From Octopus sinensis (Eukaryota): a stretch of 64,000 nt of DNA. A model generated the notes under the pieces. That model was not told the origin of the DNA. It searched no databases and worked only from the letters and a program-made list of their open reading frames with translations. Where the stretch lies: assembly GCF_006345805.1 (NCBI RefSeq), contig NC_042999.1, forward strand, positions 84,444,001 to 84,508,000, read 5' to 3'. Both the position numbers and the translations under genes were made by a program. Positions 1-13,290 of the stretch are shown here, piece by piece. The first letter of the stretch is position 1. Each line of letters starts with the position of its first letter.

Positions 1-1174
1 TTTTTTCTGTTGTTATTCCACAACGTTGGCATAGCTTCCAATGTATGTAGGTTCCAACTCTGTCATGTCTGTGAATATATTCCTTCTTAGCCAGGACTGG
101 GCAGCTAGAGATATGATTTATTGTTTCTTGTCCATCTCCACATATTCTGCAGTTACTTGTAATATTTCTTTTCATTACATGTTTTTGGTAATTTCTGGTG
201 GGGAGGCTTTGGTCTTGTGCTGCAATTAAAAATCCCTCTGTTTCTGCTTTGAGTCCTGAGCTTCTCAACCATTGCTGGGATTTTTCTTTGTCTATTTCTT
301 TTGCGTTTAGTTTAGTGCAGTATTTACCATGAAGGGGCTTTTCTTGCCATCGTTTTATCATGGTTCGTTGCTGTTCTATTTTTAGTTTGGATTTCATTTG
401 TTTTATAGCTTTTGTTGTTTCTTTATCATCTTCTTCTTCTTTGTGTTTATTAGGTGGTATGATTTCTTGTTTGTATTTGTCAGCTTCCTTAAATACTGAG
501 AACAGTTTTTTGTTTTGCTCGTGTTCTGCCGCTATCTGGATCAGTTTTCCTTCCTTCTGAAGTAGATATTTTTGCAGTCCTATGGTGGTTATTTTATAGT
601 AGTTTTGCAGCTGTATAAGGCCTCTACCACCTTCTATACGTTGTATATATAGTCTTTCTATGTCAGATTTTGGGTGATGCATCCTAGATCCTGTCATTGT
701 TTTTCTTGTTTTCCTATCTATTTTGGACAGTTCATTTCGTGTCCAGTTAAGGATATTGTAGCTGTAACTTATAACTGGGACAGCTAAAGTGTTGATACCT
801 ATTATCTTGTTTTTAGCATTGAGCTCTGTTTTCAGTATTGATCTAACTCGTCTATAATATTCTTTTTTTATTTTCTCTTTCATTTGTGTGTGTTGTGTCT
901 TATCTAGTTCATGGATTCCTAAGTATTTGTAAGTTTGGCTTTGGTCTAATTCTTTTATTTCATTCGTTTTATCTAGTGTGATGTTGTTACTCTTAACTAG
1001 TTTTCCTCTTTTCATGGTTACTTTGGCGCATTTTTCTAATCCAAATTTCATATCTATTTCTTTGGTAAATCCATGAACTGTCTTTAATAGTGTTTCCAGC
1101 TGTTTGTCATTTGCAGTGTATAGTTTTAGGTCATCCATATATAAAAGGTGGCTGATCGTTTTGCCGTAACATTT
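1..1174 (-). pseudogene. RT palm/thumb and CCHC region of the R4/Dong element, apparently open to the window edge
   Basis: Manual translation: YMDD, KFGLEKC, YKYLG, GGRGL, CxxC...HxxxxC, RHD. The ORF track lists no stop-terminated minus ORF here. Confidence 0.8.
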
Positions 1175-2209
1175 TTATCCGCATCCAGTTCTATTTAGCA
1201 TATCAGATAGAGGTGACAGTGCCAAGCAGAAAAGGAGTGGAGAGAGCGTGTCTCCCTGGAATATTCCTCTTCTAATGTCTTTGGTTTTCATGAGTCCCTC
1301 TTTTGTTTGGAGGTGTAGGACTGTTTGCCATTTATTCATAGAGTGCTCTATGAATTTTATGAATTTTATGATTGTTGGTGCTACTTTGTTAATGGCTAGT
1401 GTTTCGAGGATCCATGTGTGGTGGTTGCTATCAAACGCCTTTTTGTAGTCAATCCAGGCCATACTGAGGCCTTTCTTCTTTCTGTGGCTGTCTTCAGTTA
1501 CGGCTTTATTAATCATTAGTTGATCTTTACAGCCATATGAGCCTTTGCGGCATCCTCTCTGCTCTTCTGGGAACAGTTTGTTTTCGTCCAGCTGCTTGTT
1601 CAGCCTTTGCGATATCACTGCAGTAAATGCCTTGAACATAGTAGGGAGGCAGGTTATTGGTCTGTAGTTTTCTGGTTTTGCTGTTTCATTTGATTTGGCA
1701 ATTAAGATGGTTTTCCCCTTCGTGAGCCATTCAGGCATTGTCTCTGGCTCCGCTAGTACTTTGTTAAAGTTTTCAGCCAGCTTTTTGTGCATTCCTGTTA
1801 GATATTTCAACCAGAAGTTGGGGATCTTGTCATGCCCAGGTGCCTTCCAGTTGCTTAGTTTTTGCAGTGCCTGGGTGACCTCTTCAGTTGTTATGGGGGT
1901 CCAAAGTTGTTCAGATGCCGAGTTTGTTATTTTGATACTCCTTTTTTTTGGCTGTTCGTTCGCCGACCATATTTCTCTCCAGAATTCTTCCAATTCTTCT
2001 GCCGTTGGTGCTGTAGTGACTTCTATTTTATTTTTTGCCAGTTCTTGGTAGAACTTTTTGGGGTTGGAGTTGAACTTTTTGTTCTGTTCAAAGAAGCGTT
2101 GGCGTTTCTCGTACCGGCGGATCCTTTGAGCTTTGGCAAGGATATCTTGCTTCAGCTTTTCTTTTATCTCCGGCAAATCTTTTCCTGTGATGTTATATTT
2201 GCGGAGCAT
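1175..2209 (-). pseudogene. RT domain, N-terminal part, of the R4/Dong element; ends at a premature TAA (1175-1177) 11 codons before YMDD
   Basis: 344-aa ORF with RT motifs. The same frame resumes after the stop as KCYGKTISHLLYMDDLKL. Confidence 0.88.
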
Positions 2210-2456
2210 TTTTGTTCTCTTTTTGTTGCTCAGTAGCGTTGATTGTTTGCTGATTTCATTAAGAATCGACAGGTCTTTTCTAATTTTTTAAATTTTGTTT
2301 TGGATGTTATTGATCCACAGGGTTTGTTTGGGTGGTGGTACTCCTGTTTGGGCGGGTTTGGGTGAGTATCCAGCTTCTTTTGTGGCTGCAGTGGCTGCTG
2401 CGTATATCAAGTCATTTAGTTCAGTGATATCACTTTTTTTTGTTTCAGTGGCTAGT

Positions 2457-3224
2457 TCAGTGACGGCTAGGTTTGTTGTTTATAATTGGTGTTGTTATTT
2501 CGTTTATTTTTAATCTTGGGAGGTTTGGTCGGTGGTCCATTTTGGGCTCTGTGGTTTTCAATTCTTTGATTATTATATTTTTTATATTATCATAATCATT
2601 AGGCTCCCCTTCGTTGTTTACATCGTGTTTGTTGGGAATGTTGCGTTTGTCTTCGTGTTTTACAGTTTCAGTGTTTATATTATTGGGCATTGTTGTGTGG
2701 CTTCTATCTACATTTTCCTGGTGTATTTTTTCTTTTAAATGTTCTATTTCTATTTCTGATATTTTTTTGGCTTTGAGAATGTATCTTCGTACGTTAGCTA
2801 ATTTATTAGGGTTCATTGCTGTATCCAAGTCTATATCTCTATTATTTTCCTTCCATATTTTATATGTATGTGTTGTTGTATTTTCATTTTTTGGGTAGAG
2901 CATTGCTGTGAAGTATGCGTGTAAGATAGAAATGTATTCCTCACGTGTCCATTTACGTCTTTTGGGTTTTATTTGCGGGACATGAGGTACAACGTCCGGC
3001 CCATTATTTTGACGGTCGTCATTTTCGTAGGGTACCGGTCCGTTTAATTCTGTTGTCACATTATTTCGCACGTGTAGTTTTTCGTACATTTTTTGCTGTA
3101 AGTTTAATGTACGTACCGCTCGATTGTTATTCTTGGGTTGAATAGTATCGGTGGCATTTAATTTCTTCGTAGTTCCTTTGTACATGGTGTTTGAGGTCGG
3201 GGATGATCGTGATGTTCCACGCAT
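2457..3224 (-). pseudogene. N-terminal region of the R4/Dong ORF, frameshifted from the RT part
   Basis: 255-aa ORF containing RRKWTREE...AYF. Another frame continues ELNDLIYAAA...LWINNIQNKI*KIRKDL, which is typical of R4-clade pre-RT regions. Confidence 0.65.
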
Positions 3225-3445
3225 GTTTACATGTGTTGTGTTAGAGGTGGAGATAATATCGAGTCAAAATACATCATTTCGTTTCGAAAATAGTAATAAA
3301 TTTCAATTAGTATTACTTGGATACAGTCCAATTCTTTGTTAGTAAATCTTTGGCTCCATGGGGTGTCCTTGTTTTCGATGTTTGTGGATAGATTTCGGAG
3401 CTCTGTATTTTCCTTCTTACATCTTAAACGTCCCCGGTGTTCTAC

Positions 3446-3556
<111 letters not shown>

Positions 3557-6500
3557 CAACTGGATATATTTTTGCTTTCTCGTGAATACTCTGGGAAAGG
3601 GTAGCCGTGTCACATCTGAGCGGAAATATATCTAATAACTAGGCGAGAAATGTAGAAATTTGTTTTCATGAAAGTATTCTGAAACACAATCTACATGATA
3701 AACTTTGGGGAAATGCGTATCAGCCTATTTAATGCTATTTAATATCGATGTTTTCTCCGTCGATTTTCTTGATGGGGCTTAGTCGTTTCATAAGCTGAAT
3801 TAATTGGTTGTTCACATGTAAGTGACTAAGGACTCCACTGAAACGCGAGCCCATAACTTAATTCTCAGGAAGAATCAGTATTACAGAGTGAGTGATAGAG
3901 CAATCTGCGTAGCCAATTTCACTCACAGCAAAATTATATTTGCGCAAGGGTGACACAATGAGATTTAATTCAAGTCCACGTAGTTGTGGGCCGACTCTCT
4001 TTACCATTCTGGCATTGTAGGACTATGCAAAATATGCCAAAATAAGATATCCTGTGCAATAAATAATAATTATCGATGAACGAACTACAATTTGAGCTCA
4101 GTTCTGCTTTATTCAGTGTGCACAATTAATGAGTAATCTCGCTATGATTTGCTGAAGTGGTTTACATCTTTACATATATATTAGTGTAGTACACTACAAC
4201 GGAAAATAACCTTCGGATTGGCTTGTGATACATCAATTTTGAAGCAACAACCGTGAAATCACTCAGACATTAGAAATGAATAATGTTGATTATCTTGATA
4301 TACAAATTTAAAGGCACATGAGACAAATTTAAAGGCACATGAGACAAATAATTTCCTAGAATTCGTGTATTCAACGGGGATTCATGAGACTTGTATATTC
4401 ATGAATAAGTGAAGTGATTCAGTATCAGTAGAGAATCAGAAGTACATTGATATCTCGACTTTTCAGACGCGTAACATTTGCTCTACAAACTTCAACATAA
4501 ACATGACGGGCTTCTTTCAGTTTCCATCTACAAAATCTACTCGCATTTTTCAGTAGGCTCGGGTCAATACGCTTAGCAGTGGAAATGAAATAAAGACCAT
4601 ATGGCTCAGAAATATTTTTTTCTTTTACCACAATACGGGTATATTTTTGTTTTTAAATTTTAGGATTAAATACTCTGTAATTAATGAACATTGGCATTAG
4701 AAGATTGTCATTCAAATGTTTCCAGAGCTTTTTCAGTAGATGTAAAGAAACAGAATGCATTCAGCATGGAATTAAAACATCATCCCGATTCTATACTGTT
4801 AAACAATTACTTTTCTTTTTTATTTCCCTTTTGTCAAAATCCACACAAAAATTTATATCGATCCCAACAGAGATATGTGACTTTTATAAATTATCAAGGT
4901 CTTTTGATTAGACATAACGTTGATTGTTGTACTAAAAATCTCCTAAGCAAGATTCGAAGTAGATGAGTAGTATTTCAAGTTTATTAAGCTAAATCAAAGT
5001 AACCCATTATACCAGATACTCGAACTAATTAAAACCAGCACTGATCTAATCTCCCCTCCCTGTGTAATAAACTGAAAACAAAATCGTTTCCTTTTTTATA
5101 ATCCACATTTCATTTAGAAAGGTACTTAAAGTCCACGAAGAATCATACGCAGTATTTCGATCTGCTAGAGATAGCAAACAAATCACTTCCACATTGTATC
5201 TGGCATAAAGTTATAGGGGCCTGAAAAATATGACATGTGACAACAGCTTTGATCGCAGTTTTATTGTTCGGACCACTATCGCTCTTTCTGCAATATTAAT
5301 AATACTTGCACATTTAAATGACGTACTACAGATATGACTAAATCAAGTTTTGAACATAGACTATATAGAAACTAATCTCGATTTGAGAATCTAAAGTGTC
5401 TGCAAACATACCATCCTCATATAGTGAAATATCAAGAGGAAAAACATTAGAAAAGAACGAAAATAGTATTACAGAATCTATTATTGATTGTCATAACACA
5501 AATTCTGTCGAGAGGTTGTTACCATAACAGAGAAACAACGGATATATCTAATAAGAACAAATATATAATAAAACAAAATTGATAGTATTATGCAGCACTT
5601 TCTTTCCTAAATGGAATTACAGCAGAAGACCCCAAGCGTTCGGTTTATATAACCAAAGACACACCACATTATTGTCGCTTATCATTTATGCTACCAACTA
5701 CAGTATGTTTATTTTACCATTGTTGAGATTTTCTTCTGATTTCTTCTGTTATACGCTCATTTGTTATATTTTTGTTGTCTATCTTCAATAATGTTTACTT
5801 GTGAAACACCTTCAGGCTATTCTGTAGGATTTTCAGTTTTATTGCATTCCTAAGTATTTTAGATTCCTTTATAAACAAATTTGCCTGTAGATTTTAAGTA
5901 TTCTATGTTTTAAACAGTAACAAAAAGGAATTTAAAAGAAGACGATAATTAAAATATAAAAGTACGAAATACTGAATTTGGCTAAACACGAAAATTCTAT
6001 TGTTGCATATTATACATGGGAATTGACAAAAGAATGTTATAAAAGTTGTTTTTTGTTTAATTCGAAAATTTATATATTAATTTATTCAATCGAATTAAAT
6101 GTGAACCTATTTCTAGCTGTTGTTGATGTTATTGTCGGTATTCAGAATTAGTTTTAAACCTTGTTTTGTTTCATTAAAGTAACAATAATGAAATATTCTT
6201 CGGTGATAATGAATGAATATTAATGAGATCAAGTGAAGATTAAGAATCGTATCTCTCGAAACGAAATCTGGTGTACACGCACAAACAGGATTATACATCA
6301 CAAAACTTGATTGAAAAGCAATTTTATCAGTTTTGCATCGAGATATTCCCACTTCGAGATTTTAAGATTTTATATCGGAAAAACACGTTAATAGGTTCGA
6401 AAGTCACTCCACACATTTTCAAGTGTGTTTATATCGAGACCATTATTGGTCTGATTGTTTCCTGATTCATTTGGAATGCATATTGGAAAATTTTAGTTTC

Positions 6501-7151
6501 TACTGTCAGCAGATAATAATGGTATTAATTTTGTACATATCAATATTTTTTCTTGTGTAAAATATTTTGTTATAATGTTTCAATTAATGTTCCTTGATTT
6601 CTTTTTAATATTTATCTGCTTCTTTGGTGTCGAGGTTTACATTTACTATTTTCCACTAGTGAATATGCTTTCCTAAGTTCATTTTATGAAGAAATATATA
6701 TGTATTTTTCTTACACAATGCCCCAGAGACGTATTGTCAGTCTCCTGCAACGAATCGTAACGATGTTTTGCGTGGGCCTGTGTGGATAAGTTACCAGAAA
6801 AATATATGTCAATTTAATTTAATTTTCTTTAAGATTGCAAGCATTGTTCAAGTAAACACGGAAATAAATTCTAGTGCTTCTAGGATAAATATTGGGTTTT
6901 GTTAGCAAAGCAAAATATAACCTATTAGTTGGAGATGGAAAGAAAATAAGAAACTTGAACTTGATGACTATGACATGTTCAGGATCAATTTATGACGGAT
7001 TTAAAATGGTTTTAAATTAATACAAAAGACGCTGTAGTACATAGCTGACCGAGAGAATAGTTATTGGTTCAGATTATCGAAAACAATGTTGCTTTCATTT
7101 GACACGAGTGCTTGTGGGTTCGTGCATTTGCTTTGTTTTTGTGAATTCTCC

Positions 7152-7195
<44 letters not shown>

Positions 7196-7419
7196 GTATA
7201 TAGGGTATGAGAGGTATTGGTGTCAAGAAGACCCAAAGGTATCAGGTAATGCTGACTAAGTACTATGGACAGACTATAGGTAAGCTCCAGGTTCGATAAT
7301 GATACGAATGAGGAGTCCAACGTATGTCATATATCAGCATGTGTATATATAAAAAAATTAATAGAATGAGATAAAAATCCAAGGCTGCGAATAGTTTTCA
7401 GAACATTTATAAAGTGAAG

Positions 7420-7467
7420 GTCTTATAGCCATTTCCGGGATATTTCATATATCCCTTCATCAGAGAC
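7420..7467 (-). ncRNA. Minimal type I hammerhead ribozyme candidate
   Basis: Minus strand reads GTCT-CTGATGA-A-GGGATAT(ATGAA)ATATCCC-G-GAAA-TGGCT-ATA-AGAC: 4-bp stem I, 7-bp stem II, intact core, AUA triplet. Confidence 0.7.
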
Positions 7468-7635
7468 AGTGCGAGCAAATGCAAATGTTTAAGTAATAGT
7501 TATTATAGAGAAGATTTGAAACACAGGGTGAAGTGGAGGAAGGAAAACAAACGTGAGATACGTAAGGATATTGTATTTGCAGTTTCATTATTTAAGCAGA
7601 ATGATGTATATATAAGTTTCCTGTGCACGAGTGAA

Positions 7636-7636
<1 letters not shown>

Positions 7637-7722
<86 letters not shown>

Positions 7723-7733
7723 ATATCTATCTA

Positions 7734-7807
<74 letters not shown>
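7637..7807. repeat. (ATCT)n followed by (AT)n compound microsatellite
   Basis: Direct inspection. Confidence 0.95.
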
Positions 7808-7809
<2 letters not shown>

Positions 7810-9442
7810 CAAATACACTAACTTTGAGATTAACAATAACAAGCAACAAGAGGAAGTGCACAAAGAATACATTATTTTGACGATCAGAAAAAAGAGAGAG
7901 TTTTTGACATTTCGAGCACATAGTTCTTCGCCGAAAATGAGAATGGGGTAAATCCAGGGAAGGAAAGAATACACAAGCACATATGTAGTTACAGTGCTGA
8001 ATATAATATATCTGTGTGTGTGGGGGGGCGTGCGTGTTTGCGTGCGTGTGTTTGTGTGAGATCCTGTGTCTACCTAGCTACCTAACGCTCTCTCTCCCTC
8101 AAAAAGAATATACGTATGTATACTCACATGTGTACAAATATGAGAGGCTTAGACAGAGAAAGTGTGCGAGTGACTGAGAGAACCAATGATTTCACCATAT
8201 ATAGCTTTTGTTTTTTAAATGTTCAAATGAATTCGATTCATATATTGTATCGTACTCTTTCATCAGATTCGAAGGCGTTTCCTGACATGTCTCCACTGTG
8301 ATGACAAAGATAATCTAAATAGAGAAATAGACAGCTACGTTGTATGGTACATTTTCTCGATATTTTGTGCCTTATTAGCGTTTTATTGTTTGTCCACATT
8401 TTTTTCTATTTTCTATTCATCCATTTCAATAAACGAAATAGTTCTATTATGTTTTCTTTCTAGATTTTGCTTCTAACTACAATACATTTATCTCATGCAA
8501 AACTATTAGAATTTGCGAGAAGGCAACTGAATTATTAGACGGAGAAAGATTTTTTCTTCGTCTGATGTTTCACCGTTTTTCTCTTTGTCTCGTTTTGCTC
8601 TCCGATTTACGGTTTTTCGCATTATCCATTATGTTATATCAAAATCCACATTTGTTTAGATACGTCTCAGATATGGGGTTAGGCTACCCTACTTTTCTTT
8701 GTGTGCATAAACTTGCTTTCTCTAATAGTTTATTTTATTTTACTATAATGTATTTTATTTTACTTTACTATAATATATTTTATTTTACCAGACTCCATCC
8801 GAGAACTTAGCGCGAACCACTTTGGCATGGATATTTCTGATCTATCATTTCAGAGCATCATTTTGACACAGACGCAATCCTCTACCCGTATAGTTCTCTG
8901 CAAAGGACATCCGCAACGATATCGAGGCTGGTTATATATATTATTCCAGTATCTCCATTGTAATATATGCTGCTGCTTCTGAATCGTTAGCTGAATGATT
9001 TGCCAGGTTTCTATTTTTTTATTAGGATTACGATTTTGATAATCGTTATTATTAGTATTAGTATTACAAAACTATTACGTAGCTGAGATGTTGTCTTGAG
9101 GCTTGGAGAAAACAATTCTTCTCAAACGTCAAGAATCATTTTTAGAATTCTTGCAGAATACAGAATCGCATTTTCCTAGGTTGGCAATGCGTATTTCGAT
9201 TCTAATATCCTTCATCTTCTTAGGTAGCAGTTTGATCGTTGAGCCAAGTTCGATAATTACCTCATGAACTAGTTTAACTATATAAGCCACACTCTCTTCA
9301 AATCTCGAGTAAGACATTCTTTAGTACTCATTCTATAATCATATATCATTGAACAGTATATAATCTAGCACAACAATAATATTTTCTCCTTTTGCTTCAA
9401 TAGTATGGTCAGTCTTTACGGAGAAACCCCCCAGACATCCTG

Positions 9443-9444
<2 letters not shown>

Positions 9445-9516
<72 letters not shown>

Positions 9517-9609
9517 GTAACGTAATGTGGTGAGCTGAGAAACGTTAGGACGGTGGGTGAAATACTTAGCGGTATTTCGGCTATCGCTACGTTCTGAGTT
9601 CAAATTCCA
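9445..9609 (+). mobile_element. (TTA)n tract followed by the 5' head fragment of tRNA-derived SINE family A
   Basis: ggtgagctgagaaacgttagg...ttctgagttcaaattcc matches the heads of the copies at 54974, 29651 and 38472. Confidence 0.7.
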
Positions 9610-10017
9610 ACAAATGACAATTTACTAGATGTTTGCTTTAAACATAACCTTCATCACCGTTATCAATGCAGTCAACTTATTGGTTACTACAGTGATCAGT
9701 AGCGTCCACTGAAAAATCTATGTAATGACACTCTATACAATCGTAGAGTGTTCAACCGTCCATTATAATCAAACTGAGTGGTCTAAATAAAGGCGAGAAT
9801 TTAGTAAGAAGATACTGTATTTGTGGGTACACAACTTCACATGTAGGAAATGTACAGAAGAAGAGTTTGTTCAGCTTAAATATCTCCACAAACATACCCA
9901 CAAAGTTTCTATCCTCCATGAGGCATTATTCCTCAAGCAAACAAGCTTTCAATACTAGTTCTAACGTATTATTGGATTCAAATTTTAGCACAAGGGCAGC
10001 AGTTTCAGGAGAGGGAA

Positions 10018-10408
10018 CAAGTCAAATATATCGAGCCAAGTGTTTAACTGCTACTTATTTTATCGACACTGATGAATAAAAAGCAAAATCGACCTCAGTA
10101 GAATTTGAACTTAAAACTGAGAGCCGGATTAAATGTTGCTAATGATTTTGTCGTGTGAGCTAACGATTCAATCATCTTGCCACACTTGATGTGAATAATA
10201 TGGATTTCAAATTTTGAGACAAGACCCAAAATTCTGGGAGAGTGACGAAGTCGATTACAACCACCTCAGTGTTCATCAGATATTTATTTTATCAACCCTG
10301 AAAGGTAAAGTCAACCTCGGGTGAATTTGAGCTCAGAACGTAAAAACGGACGAAATGCCGCTGGGCATCTTGCCCGGCGTGTTTAGCGATTTTGCCAGCT
10401 CACCGCCT
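10018..10408 (-). mobile_element. Two decayed SINE family A copies (about 10018-10111 and 10222-10408)
   Basis: gtcgattaca...tttattttatcaaccctgaaagg...gaatttgagctcagaacgtaaa...gccagctcaccgcc is the reverse complement of the family-A sequence seen elsewhere in the window. Confidence 0.8.
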
Positions 10409-11209
10409 TTTTAGTAATATTAAGAACTGTTATTCATACCTAGAAAACAATGCTTAAAACACCGCTTGCAACAATGGAAGTAAAGCTTACCCTAAGTCAT
10501 TACGCACCCACAACCACTACTCAACTGCAATGAAAGATTTACTCTACAAATACATTCCTTCGCTCTTAGGGTGAAAGAAATATCTGCACTTCTGTTTCGC
10601 TTTGTTTGGAAATATTAGTATCAGGTAATGACCTCCGCTACAAAAACTGAAAGATACTTGACAAGGCTACAGCTTATTCAGTGCAATTTCTTGAATAAAC
10701 AACAAGCATTGCATGAACTTATTCTATGACTTAGCAGAAACATTTACTTTCATTCTTCTGTCAGTAATGAAGCTCATAATTTGCTACTTTTAGACCCATT
10801 GTTTTGTAGTATTTCATAACGTTTACGGTCATTCCACTGGATCTTCTAATGAACAAAGAATAATAACGACTATCTATTGCGTCAGAGTTATTAAAATCTC
10901 AGAAGTCGATCAACAAAATCTAGAAGAAAATTTATGAATTAGCAATCATCTAACTACACGGAATATAATATGACGGACCTTATACATAGGAAAGAAATTG
11001 ATAATCAGATTTCTTTAGAACGCGTTGCTGCTTCGACGTTTAGCACATCAATCTTTGAAAGATCAACTTTTCCTTACGAGTCTTCCATAAATGCAGCCTA
11101 ACATACAACGTTTTAATACAAATAATTAATGGTTTCAGTATCTGGTGAATGTGTATGTTTGTGTGTGTGTATGAGTGTGTATGTATTTATGTATGCACGT
11201 TATGTATAT

Positions 11210-11211
11210 GC

Positions 11212-11306
<95 letters not shown>
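11210..11306. repeat. (TA)n microsatellite. Many more occur, e.g. 22.9-23.06k, 28.8-29.03k, 33.3-33.6k, 46.8k, 52.0k, 56.35-56.47k, 57.0-57.66k, 61.2k
   Basis: Direct inspection. These runs produce the IYIYIY/HTHT/CVCV ORFs. Confidence 0.97.
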
Positions 11307-11310
<4 letters not shown>

Positions 11311-12879
11311 GAGAGAGAGTGTGAGAGAGAGACATTAATACGACCACATACGATCATTTTTGATTTTATGTGTGTGAAACATTTGCTAGTAATGTTTCTT
11401 GAAGAGAAAGGAGATATTTCCACTGCGGCCTGCATACTATTTAATAGGAGAAAATCTCGGGAGATTGTTTAAATGTGACTTGAGTAATGACTCCTTTCCA
11501 AAACTCTCTCCCTCCCCTCCCAGTCTTTCCCTCGTCCTGACACGCACGTACAGTTAATCCCGTTCCTTTCGAATCGTACACTAATTCTAAACATATTTTA
11601 TATCTTTTATATCCGATTTTCAAACACTGCATAATTGCTCACATACATAATCTTTAGCATTATATCCGAGCACACATATAAACATGCAAATATTAAAGCC
11701 AGGAATTCATTATATGCACAATCATGCCAGTAAGAAGAACTCATACTGTGAGCATTATACATTCACATATGTATATTTATAAATAGATAAATATGTTTGT
11801 TTGTGTGTATCTACATATGTCAGTTTGTATAAATGTAATGTAGTGCATGTATGTACATATGCATGTATAAATGTAATGTAGTGCATGTATGTATATATGC
11901 ATGTATATATGTATGTAAGTTAGTATGTATGTATGCATGCCTATATCCGTGTATGTGTGGATGAACGGAGTGTTATATTATAAATATAAACGTCAGTTAT
12001 TGGACAATAAACGTGTCAATTGCAAATAAGTAAACAAAATGTACATTAGAAGAAATATTATATTAGCATGTTCACATATATGCACATACATTAGTGTATT
12101 ACACGCAAATGGAAATATAAGTAGCATTACTTAGTGTATATGTCCTATATGAATAAGTGGTACATAGACTTCTTCGCACATATTCATACATATATGCACA
12201 AATACACCTTTAGATCCACAAACATGAATCACATATATGCAAATGAACACACATTTGCACAAGCGAACATAAATATATATTCTTAATATTTTCTCACGAG
12301 TGACATAGTGCAAGAGTGAGTTTATTATAAATTATACACGTATATATCATAGATTATCTACTGCAGCCCATCTCTGTTTCGAGCCATCTATCTAATATTC
12401 TCTCTGTATATCAGTGTCCTCGTCTATTTATAGAAATATACGCGTATGTGTCTATGTTTGCCTGCTCGTCTGTCTATCTGTCTGTTTGTCTAGCTAGCTG
12501 TGAATCTATCTATGTACATGTTCTGACTGTCTATACTCGTGACCATTTTAATATGGGTCGTCCCTATCTCTCTCTCTTTACTCGTATATACATCCATAGA
12601 AGTAGATACATTCATAGTATTGATTTTATATACATACTCGGTCCTTCAGTGTTTTAGCTCACTTGTATGAATTCAGGAAAAGCTGAATTTCAAAATGAAT
12701 TAGTACAAATAATCTTGAAAACACTTTTGTCACACCAGTTCATCAATGGCGCCTTTAATTTGGCATGCTCAAATTAGATATTCTTTATCAATTTTGGGCA
12801 TAGAGCTGTGTACGGCGGGCATACATTGTATAGTGTTAGTGAGGTTGATTCCCCCCCTCTCTCTCTCTAGACTATACTC

Positions 12880-13290
12880 CGTCTGTAACTGTTCGGTGAA
12901 TTGAGCTCTGGTGAGCTAGGTGGTCAAGTATGTGGGAGAACATGATCATGGACAATGGCACATATCCACGTTTAGCTTGTCTTTGCCCTATGAGACGGGC
13001 GAGAGTCTTGATGAAAGACGTACGACCAGCCGTTGCGAACTCTCCAGGGCCCCACAGTTTTCTCCAACACATTTGTGTAGACACCGATATTAACTCTTCA
13101 GCCCTGTGAAAAAAAAGGTGAGGAAGCACGGCATCGTCCTTGTTGCTGACGACTCCCAGAACCATTAGACAAAGTTGACTGAAGGAACGTGAAGGGTTAT
13201 TCCAATAATTCCGTTCATGGAACCTAATTCGCATCCCTTTAACTGGTACTTCAATCGAATAAGGAATTATGTTCATACAGGTCTACAGAA
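12880..13290 (-). pseudogene. Tc1/mariner-superfamily transposase fragment, DD37D (maT-type)
   Basis: Minus strand gives MVLGVVSNKDDAVLPHLFF and YVFHQDSRPSHRAKTS*TW...*PPSSPELNSPN. There are 37 residues between the second D and the mutated third position. Confidence 0.75.

Larger units (their letters stand above)
1..3445 (-). mobile_element. Non-LTR retrotransposon of the R4/Dong (RLE) clade, decayed; 3' end runs off the window
   Basis: Minus-strand translation gives KAPGHDKIPNFWLK, NYRPITCLP, EQRGC, WIDYKKAFD, RGIFQGDTLSPLLF and LLYMDDLKLY (~1130-1141), then GGRGL, AAQDQ, a CRICGDGQETINHIISSC zinc knuckle (~98-151) and RHD. This order is typical of RLE-type elements. Confidence 0.88.

Noticed and set aside
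3225-3445. HDV-like ribozyme at the LINE 5' end
   Set aside because: I could not fold a nested double pseudoknot by eye.
4303-4348. 21-bp tandem duplication; similar 38-bp (11.83k) and 8-bp (35.77k) duplications
   Set aside because: Ordinary slippage products.
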